NCBI GenBank assembly: GCA_015064805.1
Contig: SVRN01000001.1
Location: forward strand, 58,302 to 122,301
Direction of reading: 5' to 3'
DNA length: 64,000 nt
Origin: Oscillospiraceae bacterium
GTDB lineage: Bacteria; Bacillota; Clostridia; Oscillospirales; CAG-272
Made by a program: the position numbers and the translations under genes. Under the pieces are notes generated by a model that made no database searches, was not told the DNA's origin, and saw nothing but the letters and a program-made list of their open reading frames with translations. Positions within the stretch are counted from its first letter, which is position 1; every line of letters begins with the position of its first letter. Below are positions 43,817 to 53,800 of this stretch, in pieces.

Positions 43817-43963
43817 ATCGTCCTCTTTTGTGCGTGAATTTTGATTTTTTGTGCTTATTTGTCTAAAATATCGCCACGTATTGCGCGAAAACGCGCTTTC
43901 TGTTATCATTATAACAGAAAAAGTTGCTAAGTCAACCGCTGAACAAAAGAAAGGACAAAAGAC

Positions 43964-44614
43964 ATGAAATTTTTTATTGATACCGCTAACGTAGAGGAAA
44001 TTCGCAAGGCCGTTGCCATGGGCGTCGTGGCAGGAGTTACCACGAATCCCACCCTGATTGCCAAGGAGGGGCGCGATTTCGTTGAAACGATCAAAGAGAT
44101 CAGCGCCATCGTAGACGGCCCTATCAGCGCCGAGGTTATTTCTCTTGAGGCCGAGGGTATGGTCGCAGAGGCGCGCGAGCTGTACGAAAAAATCGGTAAT
44201 CCCAACCTTGTTATTAAAATTCCGATGTGCGCCGAGGGGCTTAAGGCTGTTCGTGAACTGACAGCTCTTGGAATGAAGACCAACGTCACGTTGATCTTCA
44301 CGCCCGGTCAGGCAATTTTGGCGGCCGCGGCAGGCGCTACCTACGTCAGCCCCTTCGTCGGGCGTCTTGACGATATTGGTTTTTGTGGCATCGACCTTTT
44401 GGATAAGATCTCTGCGATCTTCCGCAAGCAGAATATCAGCACCCAGATCATCGCGGCCTCGACGCGCAACCCCTTTCACGTCATCGAGGCGGCCGAGGCG
44501 GGCTGCGACATTGCCACCGTCCCCTACAAGGTGCTGCTTGACATGACCAAGCATCCTCTGACCGACAAGGGCATCGAAAGATTTCTTGCTGACTGGGAGA
44601 GCGCTAATCACTGA
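43964..44614 (+). CDS. Fructose-6-phosphate aldolase / type 3B transaldolase
   Basis: [36 protein letters not shown] is the hallmark N-terminus. The protein is 216 aa long. Confidence 0.88.
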   Translation: MKFFIDTANVEEIRKAVAMGVVAGVTTNPTLIAKEGRDFVETIKEISAIVDGPISAEVISLEAEGMVAEARELYEKIGNPNLVIKIPMCAEGLKAVRELTALGMKTNVTLIFTPGQAILAAAAGATYVSPFVGRLDDIGFCGIDLLDKISAIFRKQNISTQIIAASTRNPFHVIEAAEAGCDIATVPYKVLLDMTKHPLTDKGIERFLADWESANH

Positions 44615-44626
44615 TACCGCAAAGAG

Positions 44627-44659
44627 AAATGGGCTGATGCATGTGCATCAGCCCATTTT
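44627..44659. terminator. Bidirectional palindromic terminator
   Basis: AAATGGGCTGATGCA tg TGCATCAGCCCATTT. The core is nearly identical to the palindrome at 43043-43070. Confidence 0.7.
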
Positions 44660-44664
44660 GACGT

Positions 44665-46011
44665 CTATTTGCTTGATTTGAGTTTCATGCGCTTTTTGAC
44701 GTACACGGCGACCAGTATCGCACCGAAAATGCCGTAGGCGAGGGGGATTGCCGTGCAGATCGCGTCGTTAATGGCAGAGCCTTGGCGAATCAATGCTTGC
44801 GTATAGACCCGAATGGGAAAACGGTCGGGTGTGTCGGACAGCTCGATCCTGGCGCTCTGTCGACGATTGATATAGCTGAACAGCGCGTTACCGTCCTTGT
44901 CGTAGATATACTCACGCAGGGATTCGTCGTAGGTGAAATCCTCGTCGATGGGTTCGTCCTTTCCGCTGCCGAGAATGGTGTCGCTTGGCTCAACGGGAAC
45001 GGAATCGACGTTGACGAAGATGTTGCCGTCCTCATTCCATGTGTAGTATTCATCGCGCGAGTCGCGGATGGCCATGAATTCGATGAATTCTTCTTTGGTT
45101 TCAAACACATAGGGCCGCACGAACGCGGTGGAATACAGGGATTGCACGATGCCAACGCCAATGAGGGAGACGATACCGACGGCCACCAGCAGACACAGCG
45201 AGCGGCCAAGCAAACGGCGCTGGGCGGGAAATGCGTCGGAGTCAGGCAGTAGGCCCTTGCGGATGAGCAGGCGGCGCAGGCCAAGCTCGTAGACGCTGTG
45301 AAGCAGAATGAACGCGATAGCGGCGCAGGCAAGTCCAAAGAGCAGCCACGAGCCAAAGGTCAGACCAAAGTAAGCGTCCCCTACCGTTGTCAGCGGCAGG
45401 CAAAAGGCGAGTAGCTCCAAGAGCAGCCAGAACACGTTTTTGGCAGTGAGCAGCGTTTTTTCGTTGAAAGCGGCAACGATCGCGCGGCGATCGTCTGTCT
45501 CATCCTCTTCATTCTGTCGCATACGGAAGGTCATCAAAAAACAGATCTGGCATACCGTGGCGGCAAGCAGAAAAACAAGGGATAAGCAAAAGGCTATATA
45601 GGCACGAAGCGCACCAAGATTGATGATGGCGGCAACGATAACGCCAAGGATGCCGATGCCCGTAGAGATCAGCGAGAGATTTTTGTATTTGGTCATGCGA
45701 CGGTCGAGCAAGAGCTTGAACTGGCGCTCGCTTCGGGCGTCTTTTTTAGGTGCGTCTGCATCAGACGGCGTATCATTTCCTTGCAGGGCGGGGGAGGACG
45801 TCTTTCGTTCGCCGCGCAACAGCTCGTCGGCCGTTACACTGAAAATATCAGCGATTTCGGGGATGAGCGACAAGTCAGGCGTGCATTCGTCCCGCTCCCA
45901 ACGGCTGACCGTCTTATCCGATACGAATAGACGCTCGCCCAGCTCGCGCTGTGTCATGCCGTTGGCACGGCGCAAGGCCGAGATGAATGCGCCGATGGTT
46001 TTCTTTTCCAT
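44665..46011 (-). CDS. XRE-family HTH protein fused to a multi-TM region and a C-terminal extracytoplasmic domain
   Basis: The N-terminal HTH_3 is IGAFISALRRANGMTQRELGERLFVSDKTVSRWERDE. At least five hydrophobic segments follow. The ATG at 46011 follows an AAAGGAG RBS. Confidence 0.7.
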   Translation of the reverse strand: MEKKTIGAFISALRRANGMTQRELGERLFVSDKTVSRWERDECTPDLSLIPEIADIFSVTADELLRGERKTSSPALQGNDTPSDADAPKKDARSERQFKLLLDRRMTKYKNLSLISTGIGILGVIVAAIINLGALRAYIAFCLSLVFLLAATVCQICFLMTFRMRQNEEDETDDRRAIVAAFNEKTLLTAKNVFWLLLELLAFCLPLTTVGDAYFGLTFGSWLLFGLACAAIAFILLHSVYELGLRRLLIRKGLLPDSDAFPAQRRLLGRSLCLLVAVGIVSLIGVGIVQSLYSTAFVRPYVFETKEEFIEFMAIRDSRDEYYTWNEDGNIFVNVDSVPVEPSDTILGSGKDEPIDEDFTYDESLREYIYDKDGNALFSYINRRQSARIELSDTPDRFPIRVYTQALIRQGSAINDAICTAIPLAYGIFGAILVAVYVKKRMKLKSSK

Positions 46012-46140
46012 AGATGATTGCTCCTTTCGCGATGCCGTGCGGGGCATCTGTTACGCACTCATTCTACCATTGCGACGGACGATTTGCCACCCCGTAGAGT
46101 GCGAATCACTCTCGGAATGCGAGAATCGGATGCTTTTGCC

Positions 46141-47649
46141 TCAAACAGGCGTTGAAATTGCCGCGGCGTACGCCTCCACCACCGCGCGGTCGCTGTGCGG
46201 TAGGCTCTTGCCGCCGATCTTTTGGACTTGCTCGTCGCCCTTGCCTGCGAGCAGGAGAATATCGCCCGCGCACAGCTCGTCCAGCGCCGCGCAGATGGCC
46301 TCGGCGCGATCGGGAATGATGCGGTAGCGGCTGTCGTCCGCGAAGGCGGCGGCCATCTCGCGGCAGATATCAACGGCGTTTTCAAGACCGGGATCGTCGG
46401 CCGTCAGATAAGTAAAATCGGCCAGATCGCTTGCGGCGGAGCCTAACTCGGCGCGACGGCATTGCGTCCGCTCACCGACCGAGCCGACCAGACACAACAA
46501 TCGGCGGGGGGCGTAGGTCCGCAGGGTATTCAGCGCGGCACGCAGAGCGGCACCGTTGTGGGCGTAGTCAATGACGACCAGCGCATCTTTGGCGCGGATC
46601 ATTTCAAAGCGCCCCGGGATGCTGGCGTCAGCCAGCGCGGCGACGGCAGCCTCGGTTTTGATACCAAGCGTGCCCGTAATGGCCAGCGCGAACAGGGCGT
46701 TGAATACGTTATGCTCACCGGGTAAGGGGAGAAAAACGGGGGTGTTGCCGTCGGCGTTTTGGTAAATAAAAGCGATGCCCGGCAGACCGTTTTGGGTGTG
46801 ATGGCAAAGATCGGCCGCGCGCAGATCTGCCGCATGGCGGATGCCGCAACGCAGCACGGTGGCTGTCAGCGCATCTCCCATACGATCGACCAGCGAATCG
46901 TCGGCGTTGAGCAGGACGACGGGCGCGCCGAAATCGGTCAGAAGGCGGCGCTTGCAGGCCATATAATGGTCGAAATCAGGATGCTCGTGCGTGCCGATAT
47001 GGTCCGGCGTCAGATTGGTCATGGCAACGGCGGTGAAGGGAATTCCCTCGACGCGATACTGCCAGACGGCTTGGGAGGATACCTCCAAAAAGACGGCCTG
47101 TACGCCAGCTTGCTTCATTTCAAACAGATATTGCTGCAGCTCCAGCGGCCCCGGGGTGGTGTTGTTCGTTTTTTTATTGACCTCGCCGTAGCGCACGCCG
47201 CAGGTGCCGATATAGCCCGACGGAATACCTGCCTTGGTCGCGATATGATGACACAGCATGGCGGTGGTGGTCTTGCCCTTGGTGCCCGTGATGCCCACGA
47301 TCGTCATCTCACGGGCGGGATACCCGTAAAAGGCGGCGGCAAGATGGGCCAGATCGCGGCGGGTGTTGTCGGATAAAAATACGTAAGCATCGGGCGGCAG
47401 GGGGGCATCGGGCAGCTGCTCGACGAGAAAACAGCGGCAGCCCGTCTCGTAAGCCGAGAGAATATAGCGATGTCCGTCGCTCAAAGCACCGCGAATGCAG
47501 ACGAACAGAGAGCCCTCGCCCGCCCGACGGGAGTCACAGCAAAGGGCGCGCAGGGCAACGTCGGCGGCAGCACCATTGCCTGTCACGGTGCGCGGACGGC
47601 AGGGAAGCGCGGCGAGCAGCTGACGAGCGCTGAGGTGTGTGTGGCTCAT
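46141..47649 (-). CDS. murE: UDP-N-acetylmuramoyl-L-alanyl-D-glutamate--2,6-diaminopimelate ligase
   Basis: It has the Mur ligase P-loop GITGTKGKTT and the overall MurE layout, and is 502 aa long. A GGAGGA RBS precedes the start. Confidence 0.85.
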   Translation of the reverse strand: MSHTHLSARQLLAALPCRPRTVTGNGAAADVALRALCCDSRRAGEGSLFVCIRGALSDGHRYILSAYETGCRCFLVEQLPDAPLPPDAYVFLSDNTRRDLAHLAAAFYGYPAREMTIVGITGTKGKTTTAMLCHHIATKAGIPSGYIGTCGVRYGEVNKKTNNTTPGPLELQQYLFEMKQAGVQAVFLEVSSQAVWQYRVEGIPFTAVAMTNLTPDHIGTHEHPDFDHYMACKRRLLTDFGAPVVLLNADDSLVDRMGDALTATVLRCGIRHAADLRAADLCHHTQNGLPGIAFIYQNADGNTPVFLPLPGEHNVFNALFALAITGTLGIKTEAAVAALADASIPGRFEMIRAKDALVVIDYAHNGAALRAALNTLRTYAPRRLLCLVGSVGERTQCRRAELGSAASDLADFTYLTADDPGLENAVDICREMAAAFADDSRYRIIPDRAEAICAALDELCAGDILLLAGKGDEQVQKIGGKSLPHSDRAVVEAYAAAISTPV

Positions 47650-48050
47650 ATCGGTTTTCCTCCTTCGGGCAAGTGTTGGTCGGGCGTGAGGCGCGCGGCA
47701 AGCTCGTCCTCGCGGCAGATCAGATAGCAGGACTCAAGCAACGCAAGCTCCTCCTTGGAAAAGGGCAGATCGTTGCATATGATCAAGAGTGGTTGACGGT
47801 CGCATTCCTGGGCTTCCACGGCAAAGTCGTACAGCGCCATGGCGAAAAACTCGCTTGACAGTTCCTGCGGCAATGCATGGCAAACGATCCAGGGTGTCAG
47901 GCGGCAATACAGCGGCAGGCGGTCGCCGAACAGATGGGTGGCCATGCCGTAGCGCCAGAACAGGCGCTTGGCCGCGCGTATGGCTTCGCGGTCGCCGCCG
48001 AGGATCACGGGGACGAACAGCGAGGGGATCAGCTCCGTCATCACTAACAC
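47646..48050 (-). CDS. Hypothetical 134-aa protein translationally coupled to murE
   Basis: An AAAGGAG RBS lies 8 nt before the ATG at 48050. An ATGA overlap joins it to murE (47646-47649). I recognise no motif. Confidence 0.5.
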   Translation of the reverse strand: MLVMTELIPSLFVPVILGGDREAIRAAKRLFWRYGMATHLFGDRLPLYCRLTPWIVCHALPQELSSEFFAMALYDFAVEAQECDRQPLLIICNDLPFSKEELALLESCYLICREDELAARLTPDQHLPEGGKPI

Positions 48051-48247
48051 TCCTTTCGGTTACATTCATACCATTATATCACGGATCATCAAAAAAAGAA
48101 AGTGGTTGTCGTATTTTTCCGAGAATTTACAGAAAAAAGTGGGAGAGGGGAAAGTTGAAAACGCCCTTGCAATTTCGATTGGTCTATGGTACAATAAATA
48201 CAATGGGCGTACTGTGCGGTGCGCCAAATGAAGGAGAATCAGTGATA

Positions 48248-48949
48248 ATGAAAAAATATACCTATCTTTTGTTTGACGTGGACAATACGCTCTTGGATTT
48301 TGACCGCTCCGAGCACGACGCCATGGCGGACGCGCTGGTCGAGCACGGCTTTGCCGCAGACGATGAAATAATCGCCAAATACGCCTTGATCAACGACGCA
48401 CATTGGGAAATGCTGGAGAAGGGTGAGATGGACCGAGAAACGCTGGTCTGGCACCGCTTCAAGGTGCTGGGCGAGACCTGCGGGCTCTCTCCCATGGACC
48501 CCGTGGCGTTTGCCGAAAGTTACGTCAAGCATCTGACGCACAAGAGCTTTCTGATGGACGGTGCGCTGGAGGTGTGCCGCGAGTTGGCCAAGCATTATAC
48601 GCTGATTGCCATCACCAACGGCAACGCAAGCGTGCAGCACGGTCGCTTTGACCCCTCGCCGTTGTTCCCGTTGTTCAAGGACGCCTTCATTTCAGAGGAT
48701 ATTGGCCATAACAAGCCCGCGCAGGCGTATTTTGACGCAGTCGTGGCGGCCCTTCCCGACCTTGATCCCGCGCACGCCCTTGTCATCGGCGACTCGCTCA
48801 GCTCGGATATGGCGGGCGGTGTTCGCTGGGGCTGTGACACCTGCTGGCTGTGTCCCGACGAGCAAAATCGCGGTGCCGCGCAGGCAAGAGGGCTGAATCT
48901 GACCTATACCATCTCACATTTGCGTGAGCTTTTGGATATACTGCTGTAA
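48248..48949 (+). CDS. HAD-superfamily hydrolase (YjjG-like nucleotidase type)
   Basis: LLFDVDNTLLDF (the DxDxT motif), ITNG, and GDSLSSDMAGG are present. The start is the ATG at 48248, or the GTG at 48242. The track start at 47789 is an antisense extension. Confidence 0.75.
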   Translation: MKKYTYLLFDVDNTLLDFDRSEHDAMADALVEHGFAADDEIIAKYALINDAHWEMLEKGEMDRETLVWHRFKVLGETCGLSPMDPVAFAESYVKHLTHKSFLMDGALEVCRELAKHYTLIAITNGNASVQHGRFDPSPLFPLFKDAFISEDIGHNKPAQAYFDAVVAALPDLDPAHALVIGDSLSSDMAGGVRWGCDTCWLCPDEQNRGAAQARGLNLTYTISHLRELLDILL

Positions 48950-48974
48950 GAAGAACTGTGAACGGGAGGCCGAT

Positions 48975-49898
48975 ATGCTGGCATTACAACAACTGGAAAA
49001 CCAACTGAATACCCTTGGCATTCCCGTGCACCGCGACGTGGCGCTGGCGCCGTATACGACCTTTCATATCGGTGGGCCGATCACGCTTATGATCGAACCG
49101 CCCGATGAGGAGGCTTTGGTGGCTGCATTGCGCGCCGTCAAGAAAAGCGGTGTGTTCTCGCTCGTCTTGGGGCGGGGAAGCAACGTGCTGTTTCCCGACG
49201 AGGGCGTCGAGGGCGTTGCCATTCGCACCTGCGCTGCTCGCGATATCAAAATCGAAGACTCTCTTGTGACCGCCGCGTGCGGCGCAACGCTTGCCGAACT
49301 TGCCCGCGCGGCAAGGCAGGCGGCGCTCTCGGGACTTGAATTTGCTCACGGTATTCCGGGAACGCTGGGCGGTGCGATTTATATGAATGCAGGCGCATAC
49401 GGCGGTGAGATGTCGCAGGTCGTTCGTTCGGTTCGTCTGTATGACACCGATCGCGACGAGATCGTCACGATGAGCGGCGAGCAGATGGAATTTTCCTATC
49501 GCCACAGCATTCTGCAACCCCATCCCGAATGGACGGTTCTGAGCGCGACGATGGCCTTGACGCAGGACGACCCCGAGGCGATCGAGGCGCGTATGCAGGA
49601 CTATATGCAACGCCGCCGCGATAAGCAACCGCTGGAATACCCCAGCGCGGGCAGTACCTTCAAGCGCCCTGAGGGCGCGTTTGCGGGACAGCTGATCGAG
49701 CAAAGCGGCCTGAAGGGATACCGCATCGGCGGAGCGATAGTCTCGCCCAAGCACGCAGGATTTATTATCAATGCAGGCGGCGCGACGGCACTTGACGTGC
49801 GTCGGCTGATCGAGCACGTGCGCGCGACGGTTCTGCGTGATCACGGGATTGAGCTTGAGAGCGAGGTGCAGATCCTGACGGCACATCTGGCAAAATAA
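48975..49898 (+). CDS. murB: UDP-N-acetylenolpyruvoylglucosamine reductase
   Basis: LAPYTTFHIGGP, LGRGSNVLF, GSTFKRP and the C-terminal MurB domain are present. The ATG at 48975 follows a GGGAGG RBS. Confidence 0.88.
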   Translation: MLALQQLENQLNTLGIPVHRDVALAPYTTFHIGGPITLMIEPPDEEALVAALRAVKKSGVFSLVLGRGSNVLFPDEGVEGVAIRTCAARDIKIEDSLVTAACGATLAELARAARQAALSGLEFAHGIPGTLGGAIYMNAGAYGGEMSQVVRSVRLYDTDRDEIVTMSGEQMEFSYRHSILQPHPEWTVLSATMALTQDDPEAIEARMQDYMQRRRDKQPLEYPSAGSTFKRPEGAFAGQLIEQSGLKGYRIGGAIVSPKHAGFIINAGGATALDVRRLIEHVRATVLRDHGIELESEVQILTAHLAK

Positions 49899-49915
49899 AA
49901 AAACGGAGAACGATC

Positions 49916-50815
49916 ATGTCTTTTTCGCAAGAGTGTAAAATAGAATTCTGGGAAGAGGATCCACCCAAAAAGCCCTGCTGCCGACGGGCGCTGGCTCAGG
50001 GGCTGCTGTTTTGCGCCGAGGCGCAGGACGGTGTGTTCCGTCTGAATATCCCCGGCGAAGAATTGGGGAAGCAGATTGCGGCTTTTCTCGAAAAGCAATT
50101 GCATACGTCGGTGCAAGCAACGCCGTTTTGCCACGTGGGCAAAGAGTATCTGGCGCTGGAGCTGGTCAGCCGTGCGACAAACGCCCAATTTCAGCGGGCG
50201 GATATGTCCGACCTGCCTCTTTCGCGCTTGCTTGGCTTCGACTGTGAGGCGTGTACCCGCTATTTTCTGCGCGGTGCCTTCATCACGGCGGGAAGCATAA
50301 CCGCCCCTGCCAAGGCGTGGCATATGGAGTTTTCCTGCCGTGACGGCGCGACGGCGCGACGGCTGTCTGAGGTGCTCGCGGAGATTGGTGCATTGCCACG
50401 TACCATCAGACGAAAGAACGGAATCCATCTGTACTATAAAAACAGTACGGTAATGGAGGATCTTCTTTCTTATCTCCACGCCAATCGTACGCTGTTTGCC
50501 ATCATCAACGCCAAAATTGAACGAGACATCCGCAACAACGAAAACCGCGCGACCAATTGCGTGGCGCAAAATATCCAAAAGGCTGTCTGTGCCGCGAGCG
50601 AGCATATTGCCGCGATCGAGGTGCTGCGCGCAAGCAGGGAATGGGACAAGCTTCCCGAGGCCTTGCGCGAAACGGCCGAGCTTCGCCTGCAAAATCCCGA
50701 TTCCACCCTCTCTGAGCTGGCACTTCTTCACAATCCCCCCATTACCAAATCGGGATTGAACCATCGACTGAAAAAGATGATCCAGCTGGCACAGGAGCTG
50801 CAAAACGAAAGTTAA
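49916..50815 (+). CDS. whiA: DNA-binding protein WhiA
   Basis: It has the degenerate LAGLIDADG-like block FLRGAFITAGSITAPAKAWHMEF and the C-terminal HTH LLHNPPITKSGLNHRLKKM. Confidence 0.85.
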   Translation: MSFSQECKIEFWEEDPPKKPCCRRALAQGLLFCAEAQDGVFRLNIPGEELGKQIAAFLEKQLHTSVQATPFCHVGKEYLALELVSRATNAQFQRADMSDLPLSRLLGFDCEACTRYFLRGAFITAGSITAPAKAWHMEFSCRDGATARRLSEVLAEIGALPRTIRRKNGIHLYYKNSTVMEDLLSYLHANRTLFAIINAKIERDIRNNENRATNCVAQNIQKAVCAASEHIAAIEVLRASREWDKLPEALRETAELRLQNPDSTLSELALLHNPPITKSGLNHRLKKMIQLAQELQNES

Positions 50816-50828
50816 AACGGAGGACATC

Positions 50829-53800
50829 ATGCAAGAGTTCGTACATCTTCACGTGCATAGCGAATACAGCCTTCTCGACGGTGCTTGCCGCATCGCCGAC
50901 CTTGCTTCGCGCGCGAAATCGTGCGGACATCGCGCCGTTGCCCTGACCGACCACGGTGTGATGTACGGTGCCATTGCCTTTTACAAGGCCTGCTTGAAGG
51001 AGGGAGTCAAGCCCATCATCGGCTGTGAGGTATACGTCGCCCCCGGCTCTCGCTTCAACAAAAGCGCGACGCGCGGTGTGCGCACGGGCTACCATCTGGT
51101 TTTGCTTTGTAAGAATGCGACGGGTTATCGTAATTTGATGTATCTGGTATCCCGCGGCTTTACCGAGGGATTTTACAGCAAGCCCCGCATTGATATGGAG
51201 CTGCTTGCCTCGCATAGCGAGGGGCTGATCGCGCTGTCGGGTTGCCTTGCCGGACGCATTCCCCAGCTGTTGCTTGCAGGCAACTACGAGGAGGCCAAGC
51301 GAGTCGCACGTGAGCAGGCGGCGCTGTTTGCCCCCGGAGACTATTATATCGAAATTCAAAATCACGGTCTTGTCGATCAGCGGCAGATTCTGCCACAGCT
51401 GGTGCAGTTAGCTAAGGAGTGCGATCTGCCTCTCGTTGCCACCAACGACTGCCACTATCTGCGCCGCGAGGATGCGGCAACGCAGGCAATTCTCACCTGC
51501 ATTCAGACCAACACGACCATCGAGGAGGGCCGTCCGCTCGGCTTTGAGACGGACGAGTTCTATTATAAATCGACCGAGGAAATGGCACGGCTGTTTTCCG
51601 CCTATCCCGAGGCGCTGGAAAACACGGTGCGCATCGCTGAAAAATGCGATCTGACGTTGGATTTTGACGCAGTACACCTGCCGCATTTTCCTTGTCCTGA
51701 CGGTCTTTCCTCGCCCGAATATCTGCGCCGCCTGACCGAAGAGGGTCTCGCCCACCGCCGTGCGAGGGGCATGCTGGGCTACGGCAGCAGCGGCAAGGTG
51801 CATCCCGAGGAGGAATACCGTGCCCGAATGGAATACGAGCTGTCCGTCATTGAGTCGATGGGCTACGCCGACTATTTTTTGATCGTGGCCGATTACGTTA
51901 ATTTTGCCAAGAGCCGCGGCATTCCCGTCGGTCCCGGGCGTGGCTCGGGCGCGGGCAGTCTGGTCGCCTTTTTGCTGGGCATTACCGACGTTGACTCGAT
52001 CGCCTTTGATCTGCTGTTCGAGCGCTTCCTCAATCCCGAGCGAGTCAGTATGCCGGATATCGATATGGACTTTTGCTACAACCGCCGTGGAGAGGTCATT
52101 GACTACGTTATCGACAAATACGGTGCCGATCACGTCAGCCAGATCATCACCTTCGGTACGCTTGCCGCACGCGCGGCCATCCGTGACGTAGGCCGTGCAC
52201 TGGGGCTACCGTACAGCACGGTCGATCCCGTGGCACGTGCCGTGCCGCAGGAGCTGGGCATCACCATTGAAAAGGCGCTTCGCTTGCCCGACCTGAAGGC
52301 AATGTACGCCGAATCGGCTGAGGTGCGTCGTCTTGTCGATACGGCCATGGCGCTTGAGGGAATGCCCCGTAATATGTCGGTGCACGCCGCAGGCATTCTT
52401 ATCACCGAGCAGCCGCTCTACGATTTCGTGCCGTTGGCCGTCAGCAACGATGCGGTCATCAGCCAGTACGATATGGATACCATCGCAGGGCTGGGACTGC
52501 TCAAGTTCGATTTCCTCGGCCTGCGTTACCTGACCATCTGCCACGACGCTGAGGAGCAGATCCGCGAGAGCGATCCCTCGTTCGTGCTGGAAAATATTCC
52601 GCTGGACGATGCCGCGACCTACGCGCTGATCTCGCGCGGGGACACGGGCGGTGTCTTTCAGCTGGAATCGGGCGGCATGCGCCAGATGCTGACGGAGCTG
52701 CGCCCCCGCACGCTTGACGACGTGCAGGCGGCCATCGCGCTGTACCGTCCCGGGCCGATGGATTCCATCCCCACCTATATTGAAAACAGCAAGCACCCCG
52801 AAAAGATTACCTACGCTACGCCCGAGCTGCAGCCCATTCTGGCATCTACCTACGGATGCGTGGTTTACCAGGAGCAGGTCATGAATATCTTCCGCACCGT
52901 AGCGGGGTATTCGTTTGGACACGCCGATATCGTTCGTCGGGCCATGTCCAAGAAAAAGGCGGACGTGCTGGAGGCCGAGCGCGAGGATTTCCTTGCAGGT
53001 GCTGAGAAAAACGGCATTGCGAGACAGATCGCAAACGAGCTGTTCGACGACATGTCCGACTTTGCCAATTACGCCTTCAATAAGTCGCACGCCGCGTCCT
53101 ACGCGCTGATCTCCTACCGTACCGCTTATCTCAAGGCGCATCATCCCCGTGAGTACATGGCGGCGCTGCTCACCAGCGTGCTGGGCAACATTCCCAAAAC
53201 GGGCGAGTATATTGCCGAATGTCACCATCGCGGCATTGCCGTTTTTCCGCCCGATATCAACGGAAGCTTTGCTCGCTTCCACGCTGACAGCAAGCGTGAG
53301 GGTATCCGTTTTGGTCTGCAGGCGCTCAAAAACATCGGCGGATCGTTCATCGACGCCGTCGTGCGCGAACGCGAAAGCGGTGGTTTATTTACCTCGCTGG
53401 ATGATTTTATCTCCCGCATGGCGGGCAGAGAGCTTAATAAACGACAGCTGGAAGCCCTGATCAAGGCAGGCGCGTTTGACGGCCTTGGCGGTATCAACCG
53501 TCGACAGATGCTGACCTCGTACGAAAAGATCATGGATCTATCGCAGGATCGCTCGCGTCGCAATCTGGACGGTCAGATGGATATGTTCTCCATGGCCGTG
53601 CAGACCGAGCAGAGCGCGAGCGTTTCGGGCTACGACTATCCCGACCTGCCCGACTTTTCCATGAAGGAAAAGCTGATGCAGGAGAAGGAAGCGTCAGGCA
53701 TGTACTTCTCGGGTCATATGCTCGACAGCTACCAAAATCACGTGCGCGCGCTGGCCGTTCAGGAGATCTCGGGTCTGCTTGAGCAGGATGAAAACGGTGA

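Noticed and set aside
43817-44611. The upstream part of the 510-aa minus-strand ORF.
   Set aside because: It is antisense to the fructose-6-phosphate aldolase gene. The real DeoR gene starts at 43816 with its own RBS.
47789-48247. The N-terminal extension of the HAD hydrolase ORF.
   Set aside because: It is antisense to the 134-aa gene and crosses the promoter region. The HAD DxDxT motif begins right after the ATG at 48248.
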